Shown: positions 38,951 through 51,824 of the stretch, piece after piece
How positions within the stretch are numbered: the stretch's first letter is position 1
Layout of the letters: each line of letters starts with the position of its first letter
Position numbers and translations under genes: made by a program
The notes under the pieces: model-generated
The model's database searches: none
Told to the model about the DNA's origin: nothing
The model's input: only the letters and a program-made list of their open reading frames with translations
Source: Negaprion brevirostris
Taxonomy: Eukaryota
DNA: 64,000 nt
Direction: 5' to 3'
Assembly (NCBI GenBank): GCA_030324005.1
Contig: JARDVH010000124.1
Location: 40,296,330 to 40,360,329 of the forward strand

Positions 38951-39939
38951 AACAAAACTTCAGGAACAGACTTGAAGGTCTTTGGGGATAAACTACTTAA
39001 CTATTGATCACTAGTACATTAAAACATCAGGTTGTGTCCTCCATCACTAAAACTCCCACAATCTAAAGGTCATCAAGAAGGCAAAGATGACACCTAGCTT
39101 TGCTCTTCCACCATGTAACCTTGGTAAACCACAGACACCTCCAAGTGTGCCCCCCCCCTTGTCATTTATGCTCTCATCAAAGCAAGCAGATGGCTGACTT
39201 CAATGCACTGTTCCTGCTAAACTACTGGCAACCAACTTGCCTACCTAATGTTAGCTAATGATTCCTTCTCCAAGTTCTGCCCCCCTCCTTCAAATCTGCT
39301 TTCACTAAATAAAAGTCCTCAACCCCTCCATCCTCACAAACTGCTGCCACATTGTGATCTTCCCTTTGCCTCAAGTCCCTTGTGTGGTCACCTTTCAAAT
39401 CCATGCCTTTTCTTTGAGCTGTATATTTGATTCCATCTAATTTCCACCACTGTAGCAAAATGGTTTTTTCCAAAGTCCCAACTATTTTTGTAACTATGGT
39501 GAAGGAAAGCTCTTCCTCCTCATCCTGCAGGAAACTGTTTGCATCCATTGAATTTGGTTTCCAGCTATTTTAAATTTCACAGTTGTCTGGGTGAGGTTGC
39601 ATTTACTTAATTTCATTCTATGCTGCATAGTCAGAATCATCTATAAAAGCCTTTTTTTCTAAACTGTTATCCTGGGTCTTTGGAATCTATTCTTGGGACC
39701 CTTTCTGGTGAAAATTGGAGATTCAGCGCAAGGATTGGTGTCAAACAGTTACAGATAATAGTGAAGAAGGCTTTTGGAATGTTGGCCTTTGTATAGTTGA
39801 AGCAAGACTTCTGGTCCCCTCAATACAAAGTCCTGGTTACACCACATCTAAAACACTTCGTCTCTTGATGTATGTTTCATTACATTTTAAAGGCATTAGA
39901 TAAATGCATGTTGTTGCAACAGCTGACATGGGATACGTG

Positions 39940-40825
39940 ATGTGGAAATGCCAGTGTTGGATTGGGGTAAACACAGTAAGAAGTCTGTCAACACCAGGTT
40001 AAAGTCAACAAGTTTATTTGTAGCAAACACCAAAACTTTCAGAGCACTGCTCCTTCATCAGGTAAGTGGGAGTTCTGTTCAGAAACTAGGCACTACAAAC
40101 CCACAAACTCAATTTACAAAATTGGAATGTGAGTTTTTACAGGTAATCAAGTCTTAAAGGTACAGACAATGTGAGTGGTGAGGGTTAAGCACAAGTTAGA
40201 AATGTATATTGTCTCCAGATAGGACAGTTAGAAATTTTGCAAACCCAGGCAAGTCATCAGGATTACAGATAGTGACATGAACCCAAGATCCCGATTTGAG
40301 GCCTTCCCCGTGTGTGTGTGTGGAACCTGTTATCGGTCTCTGCTCAACGAATCTGCGATGTCATGTCGTGAAGGCTGTCTTGGAGGATGCTTACCCAAAG
40401 ATCAGAGGCCGCATGCCTGTGATTGAAGTGTTCCCCAATCGGAAGAGAATACTGTTGCCTGGTGATTGAGTGATGTTCATTCATCTGTTGTCGTAGCTTC
40501 TGCATGGTCTCCCCAATGTACTATGTCTCGAGACATCCTTTCCCACAACTTGCCTGGGCTTGCAAAATCTCACTAACTGTCCTGGCTGGAGACAATACAC
40601 ATCTCATTTAACCTGTGCTTAATGTGCTCTCCACTCACATTGTCTGTCTGTACCTTTCTAAGACTTGATTACCTGTAAAAACTCACATTCCAATCATTAT
40701 TTTGTAAATTGAAATTGTTTTTTATATGCCTTGTTTGGGAACAGAACTCCCATTCACCTGATGAAAAGGCAGATCTCCAAGCTTGTGGCTTGTGCTACCA
40801 ATTTAACCTGGCATTGTGAGACATC
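39940..40825. mobile_element. Penelope-like element with inverted pLTRs flanking a GIY-YIG remnant
   Basis: Arms ~39975-40255 and ~40548-40822 are diverged reverse complements. The spacer's minus strand reads YIGETMQKLRQQMNEH...SLPIGEHFNH...ASDLWVSILQ. Confidence 0.85.
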
Positions 40826-40827
40826 TA

Positions 40828-40945
40828 GTGGATATGCTGGCATTGGACAGGGGTAAACACAGTAAAAAGTCTGACAACACCAGGTTTAAGTCCAACATCA
40901 AATAAATCGGTTGGACTTAAACCAGGTGTTGTCAGACTTTTTATT
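40828..40945. mobile_element. Penelope pLTR-derived hairpin lacking the hammerhead
   Basis: 34-bp arms at 40863-40896 / 40910-40943 with one mismatch and a 13-nt loop. Confidence 0.8.
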
Positions 40946-41319
40946 GAGACATCTTGCATGGGATACATGAACAGGAAGATTGATACCAAAAGAAGAGGGG
41001 AGGGGAAATGAAAGTAATGGGTAATGTGCAGGTTGAGAGAGAGCAAAATGTTACTGAGAACTTAAGGCACAAGTGAGAGGAGAGATGTGAAAAAATATGG
41101 AAAAAACTAAACACTTAGAGAAAAACCATTGAGTGATTTCAGTGAGATACAGCAAGAACAGACAGATGGCGCTAACAAACCATAAATGAGGTGGATTTGA
41201 TAGTTGTGGGTTGGTATGCATTGCAAGAGAGGAAAGGGGTGGGGAGCAAGACAAAGGGCTGATGGAGCATTGTATTGGGAGGATTATAGCGGAGACCAAC
41301 CTTTTTGTTGCTCATCTAA

Positions 41320-41895
41320 GTGTCATTGAGAAGTTGTTGGCAAGCAGTCACCTTGAACTGCTGCAGTCCATGTGGTGTAGCTACACAAGTTCTGGGTTTT
41401 TGGAGAACTGACAGTTCTAAATCAGATGTGTAGCTTGGAGAACTTGCAGGTGCTGATGTTCCCGTGCATTTCCTGTCCTTTATCTTTCTAGGTCATGGGT
41501 TTGGAAGATGCTGTTGAAGGAGTCTTGGAGAATTACTGTGCGTCTTTTAGATGTAACTGTGCATTGGTGGTGGAGGGAGTGAATGTTTAAGGTGGTGGAC
41601 AGAGTGCCAATCAAACAACCTGGATGGTTTTGAGCCTTGTGTTGGAGCTGAATTTACCTGGGCAAGTGGAGGGTATTCCATTATGTTGCTGTCCATGATC
41701 CACAGGGCACAAATCAGGTTTTTTTGGAGTTGGGTGAGTCACTTGCCTTTGGTTTAGCCACAATATGGCTGGTCCAGTTCAGTTTCTGGTCATTAGTAAC
41801 CCCCAGGATTTGATGGTCAGGGATTCAGTATCATTGAATGTCAAAGGTTGATGGCTAGATTCTCATGTTAAAAATGGCCAGTGCTTGGCACTTGA
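41320..41895 (-). mobile_element. CR1/L2-type LINE 3' fragment
   Basis: Reverse complement of the 37270-37890 family. Confidence 0.7.
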
Positions 41896-42479
41896 TATTT
41901 GCTGCTGTTACAGGTGGAGTGTTTGGCATTAATTTAAACAGTACCAATTTCTCTCCTCATCTGGAGCATTAATTTGGACTCCTGGGATTACTAGTCTGGT
42001 AATATGACCATTGCACTGATGCTCCTATTAGACATTCTTTTAGAACTAATCCCTGGCTTTGTAATTTGACTTATTAGTTCACTCGTGAGAACTCTGACCA
42101 AATCTGCACTTGCAGCTAATGCTCAGCATTTTGAGGCAACAAAAAGAATTTAAACTTGCGCTTCAATGTTCATGTGTGTGCGGTACTGATTCCTTTCATT
42201 TCAAATCAAATCTAAGTATTGCAGAAAATGTAACCATGCTGATCTGTGTGGCTGCATGCGTATGCAGCATTGCTGGAGAATTAGTTAAAATGGGTGCTGT
42301 AACTGTTGTTTTCACTAGGTGGCGTCAGGAACATTTCAGACAATTTCTTGGTGATTAGTAAAACACTGCAAAAGTTTCAGAATAATGTTGATGTTGTTTA
42401 TTGTTAATAAGAATTATTTCCCAATTTAAACCCAAATATTGAATTTTTTGGTGACTATTTTAAATTTCTGCTTTATTAG

Positions 42480-42651
42480 ATCTGTCTATGATGACCAACC
42501 CAACGCACACAAACGGTTTATGGAAAAACTTGAGGCCCGCATTCGGAATCATGACCGGGAGATTGAGAAAATGTGCAATTTTCACCATCAGGGTTTTGTT
42601 GATGCTATCACTGAGTTGCTGAAAGTGAGGTCAAATGCAGGGAAGCTAAAG
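42480..42651 (+). CDS. EXOC6: EXOC6 coding exon 2 (SVYDDQPNAHKRFMEKL...GKLK)
   Basis: Acceptor tttattag|A, donor AAG|GTAAG, 172 nt. DDQPNAHK and NFHHQGFVDAITELLKVR favour EXOC6 over EXOC6B. Confidence 0.97.
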
Positions 42652-44363
42652 GTAAGAAAATGCAGTGAAAGGGAACAAAAGGCTGTAATATAATTATGCC
42701 TTTTATGTTGAAATATGCTAAAACATTTAGGTCTCTCCCAATCACGTTTTTAAGAACTAGTGTTGGAAGGGTCCATTTAAAAAATTTTTTTTTTCCCAGT
42801 TTGAATGCTACCCTCACCTATTTCACTGACTCATTCTACAGTACAGTATGCTTTTAATGGTGTCTGGTAGTGATAAAACTATTCCTGTCCCAAACAACAA
42901 CTGGTGATGTAGGTTGAAAGATGAATATTGTCTAAAGCACCAGTGCACTCCCTCTGACTATACAGCACTGTTTCAATATTGCACTGCAGTGTCAAGATTG
43001 CATGTTCTACTTTCTGAAGTTATGAATTCACCCAAGGCCTTGCAACTCCTGAGGCGAGAGCGCTACTAGTGAGTAAGGTTGACAATTTAGTCATGCATTT
43101 GCAACATTGGAATGGTGAGAAGAAATATAAGTAGATGAGAGAAAATATTCTTGGACTTTAGATACATAAGACACAAAGCTAGTTTGCACATTCAAAATAT
43201 GTCAAAGTTAAAGCCATGCTAGGCTATTCTATAAAGTTTCAAATATAAAGACAAATACTATTGTTTTGGTACCAAGAACTCTGGTATCCTACCTTAAGAT
43301 GATGATAATGGCCAGCAGTAAATTGTTGGGATGACATTAGAATGAAGGCATTTGCTTATATCCAATTTAGTGACTGTTTCATTGAAGTGTGGAGGCTGAG
43401 AAGTGATTTGGTCAAAATACTTTTTATTTAAGGGGGAAAAAAATGATAGAATCCAGAACAAAGGCATATCATTTGAATGCAACTGGTTTAAAAACTTATC
43501 AAAGAAAAACTTGCATCATAATGAGCAGATGGAAAGCCTTACTCAAGGCTACAGAAATAATCAGTTGTGGCATTTAAAAGGGAGTTAAATATCTGAATTA
43601 AGTGAGCTGTAGCAAAGACAGGGATTTAAAGTGTTGTAACAAAAATGATAGCGCAAACATGATGACCTCTTTCTGTTACTCTTACGACTTCTTACATTGA
43701 GTAGTAATGGTCATGATTATTTATATTTATTTTCTGCAGCTGTTTACAATGGAACAGAAACTGAACCAAGTGTTTGTGTTTGTCTGAAATCTTGAACTTC
43801 TGGTTAATGTTGGAGGGGAAACCATTTAATTGAACAGTTAGATCCACATCAGATTTATTCTATGAATATTTTTTTAAAATGAACTGTGCACACTTCTGAA
43901 GTAGTCTTGTGTTTTTACTGAAGTAAGAATGAGTGGTAAATTTATTGCTTATATAGTCTTAATGTGTTAAGATGTGCATGTGCTGACTTAGAACAACTGA
44001 GGTTTTATAAATCCTTTTTTCTATATTTGAGAATCTGAGTACAGGTTTACAACAGGACTTTTTTTTGCAGCAGTAGGTGCTATTTGGATAATGAGAGAAT
44101 GTTCCCAGCCTAATGAAGCTGAGTACCTTTTGCATTAATGTGTGTTAAACAATGAGAATAAACTTGCATGTGGCAGTGATTTAATAAGCTGCCTTATGTG
44201 AGAAAAGACTAGTGCCATTCTTTGCTGCTTCAGTGCTGTACTAATTTGTTAGATACTTGATTTCTGCTATAATAATAATTAGAAAATTTATGCTCTAAGA
44301 TTTGTATTTTGAATGTGTTAAATATTTATCTCAGTTCCTCCAGTCACACAATTTTTATTTTAG

Positions 44364-44411
44364 GTTCAGGTGACTGACACCAATAGACGGCTTCAAGAGG
44401 CAGGAAAAGAG
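44364..44411 (+). CDS. EXOC6: EXOC6 coding exon 3 (VQVTDTNRRLQEAGKE)
   Basis: ttttag|GTT ... GAG|GTGAG, 48 nt, phase 0-0. Matches EXOC6. Confidence 0.95.
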
Positions 44412-44494
44412 GTGAGTAAATTAAGTATGAACATTTTGTTACTATCTGTTTGCCTATTTTACTGGTTTTGAGATGTGTATTGTAATTTTTTAAG

Positions 44495-44585
44495 GTAATT
44501 AACCAAAGTGAAGAAACGATTCGATGCAGGATACAACAGAGGAATATTGTTACTACAGTAGAAAAACTTCAGCTCTGTCTTCCTG
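44495..44585 (+). CDS. EXOC6: EXOC6 coding exon 4 (VINQSEETIRCRIQQRNIVTTVEKLQLCLP-)
   Basis: tttaag|GTA ... CCTG|GTAAG, 91 nt, preceded by an 83-nt intron. IRCRIQQRNI and EKLQLCLP are conserved. Confidence 0.95.
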
Positions 44586-46439
44586 GTAAGCAAGTTCAAT
44601 TGTGTATAAGTTTTATGAAATATTTGAACATTTTGAGGAACTTGAGCATTCCCAGTGGAAAGTTATACGTGAAGGGACCACTGGCTAAGATAAGGCTGCA
44701 ACAATATGGATGATGCTCTCATTGTAGACTTTTATAGTAAATAAGCAAGTTTGTCCAATAAATCAATTTAATTATGCTGCACAGAAGCCTCCTTTGATCA
44801 TCTTTGATCAAAATGATGATTATGCCCCACCCTCTTTCACCTCTACTCTCTCACTCAATGTAAGACGGTGAGCTTTTAACCTGAAATGTTACAAAATACA
44901 ATGTTTCATCCTATTGACTTGTGTTCCAAAATTGAAGTATATCTGAATCAATAATAGGGAATTGATTAGAAGTTGGTGGAGGGTGTGGTAGAGGTGTAGT
45001 GGCCCAGATGTTAGACGGTTTTAAATGGTTTTACACTTGTTGGGTAACAGTCAAAGTAAGCCACATGGCTCTGTTTCAAGGCTGTGACTGTAATTCACAG
45101 TCAGACACTTGTGTGCACACACCACTTAGGCAGTGGAGGAAGCTTCCCAGGCAATACCCATCTCACTCCGCATGTCAGGACTTTGTAGTATCCTACCATG
45201 CATTTTGCACCATTTGTTTGGTCTCCAACAAAAGAGGCTGGAAGCAAGGCTTATGTCACTGTGTGACTAATACAGTTACACTAAAGTGTGTTTTTGAAAT
45301 GTATTTCCTGGGGCTAAGGGGTTAAGTTGAATAGAAAAGTTTGCATTCTACATGGGCCTAACTTGAGAAGGATAAAAGAAGCATTCTATTTATTGAACAG
45401 GCAGAGTAAGAAATAACTATTTACAGTGGAAGTTGTCTTTCCTTCCTAAATTTGAGCTATCTAAAATACTTGATGTTTGATCTGTAGATTGGCCAGTATA
45501 TACTAGCTCAGTTCTAGACTCTGATCAAATTATTCTCCCAAGTGTTTTTTTGAAATGGAACAGAAGATACCTATTCCAAAGCACTAATGAGGTGCGATCT
45601 TTGAGCAATTGGCAATCATTACACAAAGGAAGAACTTCAGTTCACAACCTTGGGACATCTCAATGCTAAGTGTAGGATGAAGTAATTTTTTTTATAATGC
45701 AGGAAATTGTAGCACAGTAATGTGATAACTAATAAAATCTTTCTTGTTTTGACTTTGGTAGAGATAAGTAAGAGTGGACAAAATTTAAGTGTTTAATAAT
45801 TAGAGAATGAAGCCACTGTTTAAAGCAGAAATCTTTGCAACCATAAAATATCATCCATCGTTTATTCTTATCAGAATTAACATAATTTGCTTGTTAATTC
45901 CTGTTTGACTTGATCAAATATAAATGGCAAAATAATGAGCAGATACAACTAAGGCAGGTCTTACAAATTAACTCAGCTGTCTGTTTGGAATGTAGAAATC
46001 ACACAAAGTCCTTCAAATTCTGCTCTGATCTTCCTTGAAGCTAGTCTGATCTACAGTTCATAACAGCCTGAGCCCCATGAGCACAATTTTCACCACATCT
46101 GTAGAACTTGGTCTGGATGTCATAGATTCATTGCTGTTATCTGTAAGTTACAAACAGCTGCAGCGACTTATTCTCTGTTTATTCTGAGTTTCTGGATGTA
46201 GCCTCCATGAGTCTTTTGTCTATAATGCTCTGGTGAGCTTAACAACTGCTGTTGCCCAGTTTAGACAGGTCTGTTGTTTTCATCTTTTTAACAAAGTTTT
46301 TAGTTTTGATTTCCCAATCTCCCCTTGCTCTTGATTCCCTTAAAGATGGGGAAGTTCTGTTTTAATTTGTTTACTTTTCCTCCCTCAAAAACATAGAAAA
46401 TAAAATTTTAAAAATCTAGATTTCCTCAGTTAGCTGAAG

Positions 46440-46665
46440 TAAATATTTGCCAAGATCCTGGGAGGCAGACTGTACTGAGATTTTATGCTGACCTTGAGAG
46501 ACAGGGTCACAGTTTAACGTCTCATCTGAAAAACCAAAATTTGAAACTGCTTCATTACCTCAGTGCTACTCTAGAATGTTAGCCTAGTTCTTGTCCTCCA
46601 GTCTCCTGGAGTAGAAATCAAGCTCTCAATTCAAAGGGTGTGCTTTGCCAACTGAACTACAACAG
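46440..46665 (-). mobile_element. Deu-domain SINE fragment
   Basis: ccttgagagacagggtcacagtttaacgtctcatctgaaa is the reverse of the Deu core. Confidence 0.6.
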
Positions 46666-46689
46666 ATCTTGTTGATGAAGCAGTTGTAA

Positions 46690-48260
46690 AACACATACCA
46701 TTTGACTGGAAACAGGTCAACATGATATCTATTTTCAAAGGGGGAATAACACATCTATTGGCACGTATAGATCTATTTCTTTCTTCATTTCATGTAAAAT
46801 AATGAGTAGCAGGAGTAACCGTGAGGATTATCTATACATTAAGATCTTGGTGAGTAGTTGTCAACATGGAGTTGGAAAGGGAAGATCCTACCTGATCAGT
46901 CTCATTGGACTTGGACCCAGATATAGTGTGTAAAGCCCTGTAATGAAATCCATCTTACCTTAAGGGTGAAGGATGAGGGCAAAAGTCAAGAACCCCAAGT
47001 CCCAACACTGGACCTGTCTGCACATGCAGACCAGGCAAAGGTGCATATGTGCAATTTAGCAGCCTTAAGTTCTTTGGGCTGAAGGCAGGTCCTGTGGGCC
47101 TGCACAGAGATAGCAAAATGATGCATAAACCTGAAGCAGGTGATGGGGAATGACCTTGCCAATGTAAACAAGTGTCCCTGGCAGGGCCAGAGGGAGGAGT
47201 CCTGGAGAGGTCCAAGGACAGAGAGTCCCAGTAGAATTGCGACTACCACACTTAAGTGAAGAGGCCTTCAGAAAAGCAATAAAGATCCAAGAAGACAGAA
47301 GGTTGGTGACGTTTTGAGCAAAGGTAGTCGTTTGGAGCTGTTTCTGCCCAGTGTGGCTGAAAGTCCGAAGTTGTGCTCGAGTCCAAGTTCAGGAATGCAG
47401 CAGAACAGAATATCAGATGAGGTTGAAGCACCGAGGCCAGTAGTTGTTGATGCCATGTGAGTTGGAGCAACCTTGAGAATACGCAGGTTAGATCTTCAAA
47501 AGTGAAGACTAGAATTTGTCATTGGGGAGAGTGAGACAGTCCACTCAGCATAGTGTTACTCACGTCTGGGTAGACTGTGGAGAAATCATGTGTCTCTGTC
47601 TTGGTCACATCTGCCTTTTTATTGTGTAGTGTATTTGCCCATAGTTTGCTTGTTAATTCACACATATTAATCCTGAACGTTAGACTATAGCTATCTTTTT
47701 GACCCTGTTTAGTAAAGCTTATTTCACAGTTTTGACCAAAAATATTGTGACTTCACCAAATCTTACCAACAATTTGGGAGTATGGTCAATGATGTTTAGC
47801 CTTTCAAAAAAAAGTTTGATTATACAAAGATTATGGATAAATTCCATGTTGGGGATTCAGTTTGAATATTTATTGGATAATTTCTTAGCCTAGAAGGTTA
47901 GAAAACAGTGGGACTAGATTTGAGCAGTTATTTTGGAGTGGCAAGTGCAGGGTTTGGCACCTCAGCGATAGCTGTTGAAACTGGTACAGCTTCTAGTTTC
48001 ATCAATGGCCTGGATTGTTTTTTGTCAGAAACCCAGCAGGTGTATTTCAGTTTTGTGGATGATACTAACCTGGGAAAAGCAGTTGATTCAGAGGTTTCAA
48101 AAACTAAATAGAGTGGATAGAACAATGGCAGGTGAAATTAAGTGTTTAAAAAAAAAGGTAGATCTGAATGTTTTCGGCATACATGTGGAAACTGACTGCT
48201 ATGTTTTAGGTGATGCCACCAGGGGACATGTAAATGAGAAGGAGAGATGTCTGGGAACCA
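46690..48260 (+). mobile_element. Old CR1 RT fragment split by an ~800-bp insertion
   Basis: RT N-terminal motifs (DWKQVN..IFKG..YRSIS) at 46700-46780 and FINGLD...FVDDTNLG at 48000-48075. Confidence 0.6.
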
Positions 48261-51200
48261 CGTAGCTAGGGTGTGGGGAAACAAAGCCACTGCAGGTGAT
48301 TCTTTAGTTTGATATTAGTACAAGGATAAAAATAGATGTCAGCAAGTTCTTCAGTTTGTGACTTGTGCGTAGAATGCCAGAGTCAAAAATATGAAAATCA
48401 TTTGCCAAGCTAGTAGATGTTGCATCATGGGGATGTAGTTTATTTACTGAAAAAAACCAAATGACCAACCACACCCTTTCACAATATTCATCTGTCAAAG
48501 TTCGTAGATTAAGGTGAAAAAGCAAAACTTTAGAAATATTTTATTTTTAAACTTCTAAATTTTCAATAAAATTTTTTTAAGCAGATTATGAAATTTACAC
48601 TGACCCTTCTGGTGTTACCTCCTTTTCTTTCAGTTCTTTGCCACAATAGGGCATTGCATGAAGTAGGACAGAGACTGAAAGCTGCAATCTGCTTTTATGG
48701 CAGTCATCAGAGTTTCCGATAGACATTGAGACTTAGAATAAAAAGAAGAAAAATCAACTTTGATCAATTGCATTACAAAAACTGGAAAAATTGATATAAA
48801 AACTAAATGCTGGAAATCTGAAGTAACATGCTGAGCATGTATAATAGCTCAATCAGCATTCATATCAAAAAGTAGACATGATTTGGGTGTGATTCAACAA
48901 CATCCTATCTTGATTTATATGGACGTGTTGATTGGGGAAAATACTTCTTCAAAGATGAATAAAAGTCATTTAGAGTAGTCCGCCTTTCCTATTCCATCAA
49001 GCCGATGTGAAGTATTTGAGTCTCATTTCAGTTTTTGTTACTGGGATTCAGCACTCTTCCACTGCTGGGTGTGCTTATCCCAGCCTTAAACAAGTAAAAG
49101 GATCCTACTAACGTTATCTGGAACCATGCAGTTTGACAACATAGGAGATTATTTGCTTTGTTTTGCTTGTGCCATCTCTTTGCTCCAGAACTAATGCCAA
49201 TTCCCAGCTTTATCACGAGAGCCCTGTATTAAATATTCATTCACATTTTCCTGTTGTTTTTGTTTCAAGTACTTCCTGTGGCAAAGCATTCATGCATCAA
49301 CAGAATATCTGTGAAGAAATTTTACTTCTAATTCTCCGTCATGCTATTTTAGTGATTATTTGAAATGAATGGTTTTGGTATTGATTTCTAAATCGGGCTG
49401 AGGGGGAATGGTATTGCTCTTCGTTCAGTCATGGCCCTTCATAATTGTTAAAGACTCCATTACATCTCCCTTTTTAAATTGTCTCTTCCAGTAAAAATAG
49501 TCTTTCCTTATCCAGGTGAATCTGCTCTATGCTTTCAACATCCTTCCTGGTCCTGCACACAGTGTTTTTAACTGTGGCCTAACCATTTAACTTGTGCAAA
49601 ATTACCATTTATCTATTTGATCTTCTATGTTGTGACTAAATTAAGAAAACACAAGTTAGTCCCATTTTTGAAGACATTAAAAAGCAATGATGAAACGTTA
49701 AAACTGTTTAATGGTGCTGAGTTGGTTACAGCTCTCTAATTGATAGCTGAAGTCAGGCATTCTCAACTTGTTACATGTCCTTTTCCTAATTTGAAGCCTG
49801 AAAAGACACTAGTGGAATGTTGTAGTAATATCAATACATTTAATTTAATGCTGTCCTTAAACCAGTATGTTAATAAGTCCTTCTTCCTATCAATTCTCTT
49901 GTTACTGGATTTAGATTTGTATTTTTAATGTCAGTAATTAGCCTTTTAAATATTTCTTGATGCAAAAAGCTGAAGTATTTTGAATATAGTTTCATTTTAG
50001 ACATTTTTTTGCTTGGAATTGGAAGGGACACCACATCTTAAATATACTGACAGCTGTTTTTCTCTTCCTGGTTCCGGCCAATTATAGTTAAGAACCAGGT
50101 GTGAAGATCAAAGGTCAGCATTGTAAATACACAAACATGTTGCACTTTTTGACTGCTCTTTTTAAAAAGTATTGCATTCAAAATTTAAGTACACTTTAAA
50201 TGCTGATACAGATTTTTTGGAAATTGAATTTTTTCTGCCCATGTTCTATTTATAGGTCTTGTTNNNNNNNNNNNNNNNNNNNNNNNNNNNNNNNNNNNNN
50301 NNNNNNNNNNNNNNNNNNNNNNNNNNNNNNNNNNNNNNNNNNNNNNNNNNNNNNNNNNNNNNNTATGTAACATCACTCTTGTCTTTCATTTTTTTCCCTT
50401 TTTTTTGTTTAGGACACTTCACAATGCTTTCCCCTTGCACTTTCTGCCTCCTTCCTCCAATGCTAGGAGGATATAACTTAAGTTGTTGTCAGATTTTATT
50501 TCCTGTCTTAAGTTTGTCCTAATATCTGCTAATGTATAGTTTTAAATCCTTTCCTCGTCAGGAATTATGCATTGAGTTTTGAATTCATTGAAAGTATTTT
50601 CATAGTTTTATATTATCATCTTTATCCCATCTTCTGAACATTTTACTCTAATTCCATGCATAATGCCTAATGAGATTGAGATTTGCACTTGTCTCATGAT
50701 AACTACTGAAGTTATACCTTCCATCTTTTTATTGCTTCCATTGGGAGTTAGGCTATTGTAGATGAGCATCTTTGTATCTTAAATTAAGGTGTTCACCTGT
50801 CCACATTAATTCTTGCCAAAACATCTTGAAATCCATTCAAGAGGTTTGAAAATCTGTTGTGTTCCTGTTCTTTTTCTTGCACAGTATGACTCATGAGTAA
50901 GAAGTTCATTACTGGTAGTAACAGTATCCAAGTGACTCTGGTGTCACAATTTATAAGTCCCTCAGTTTTTGCCTGGCAGTATTGTCTTTAGCATGATGAT
51001 GAATGGTTCAATACTTTTGGTGCTGTAAGATTGCCTGAAGATGCTTGTCCCTGAACTCTTACGTAAGACCTTTTGCAGTGTTTTACTTGCAAAATATTCA
51101 GTGACCCAATGAATTAGCAAGAATACTGAATAAACCTGCTGCTGCCTTGATTTTTCCCTATTCCTGGATTTGAAGTTCAATCTCTACGTACTAAGGTTCC

Positions 51201-51531
51201 TCCAAGGCCTGCTCATTTCCCAATCTGACTTGGTGTGTTGTTCTAATGCTTGGTGCTGCCTCCTTGGGACAAAGGCATTGACATTCTTGTACAGCACAAT
51301 AGTGAAAAATTGTGGCTCTTGGCATGTAGTTTCCTTTTAAAAGGTCAGTACTCCAAGTGATTTATGACTGCATTTTCTTAAATTGAGCTTGGATTTCAAA
51401 TAGTGAAGAAAAACCATACCAACTGTTCTAACGTATTTCATTTGTAGTTTATTGACCAAAAAGCTTTTTGAGCAGAATAATTGCTTTGTTTTGAGAATGA
51501 TATTAATTTGTATTTTTCCTTTTGTTTTTAG

Positions 51532-51577
51532 TACTAGAAATGTACAGCAAAGTGAGAGAACAGATGAAGGCCAAAAG
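51532..51577 (+). CDS. EXOC6: EXOC6 coding exon 5 (VLEMYSKVREQMKAK-R)
   Basis: Polypyrimidine tract plus ag|TA, donor AG|GTAGT, 46 nt, phase 1-2. Confidence 0.95.
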
Positions 51578-51824
51578 GTAGTTTGTGGTTCTGTGCATCA
51601 AACTAATATTCCATTGCCACTTTTCTTAACTGTGTAATGATGGATCTTGGCATATCTTCTGCTGAGGTCTTTGTGTTATTTCTATGTTTTGAAAGCAGTA
51701 TTCAATTCAGAATTATTAATTGTAGTGCAAAGGTAGCACATAACTCTATCAAGTTAACCACTTGTGAAATTCCAGGTTACATGATGCAGCATTTTTGTAT
51801 TGACTAATTCCCCTACATGCCAAT

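Noticed and set aside
42236-42325. Possible alternative first exon MLICVAAC...VFTR with AG|GTGGCG just before exon 2
   Set aside because: Phase fits, but the donor is weak and there is no promoter or homology support.
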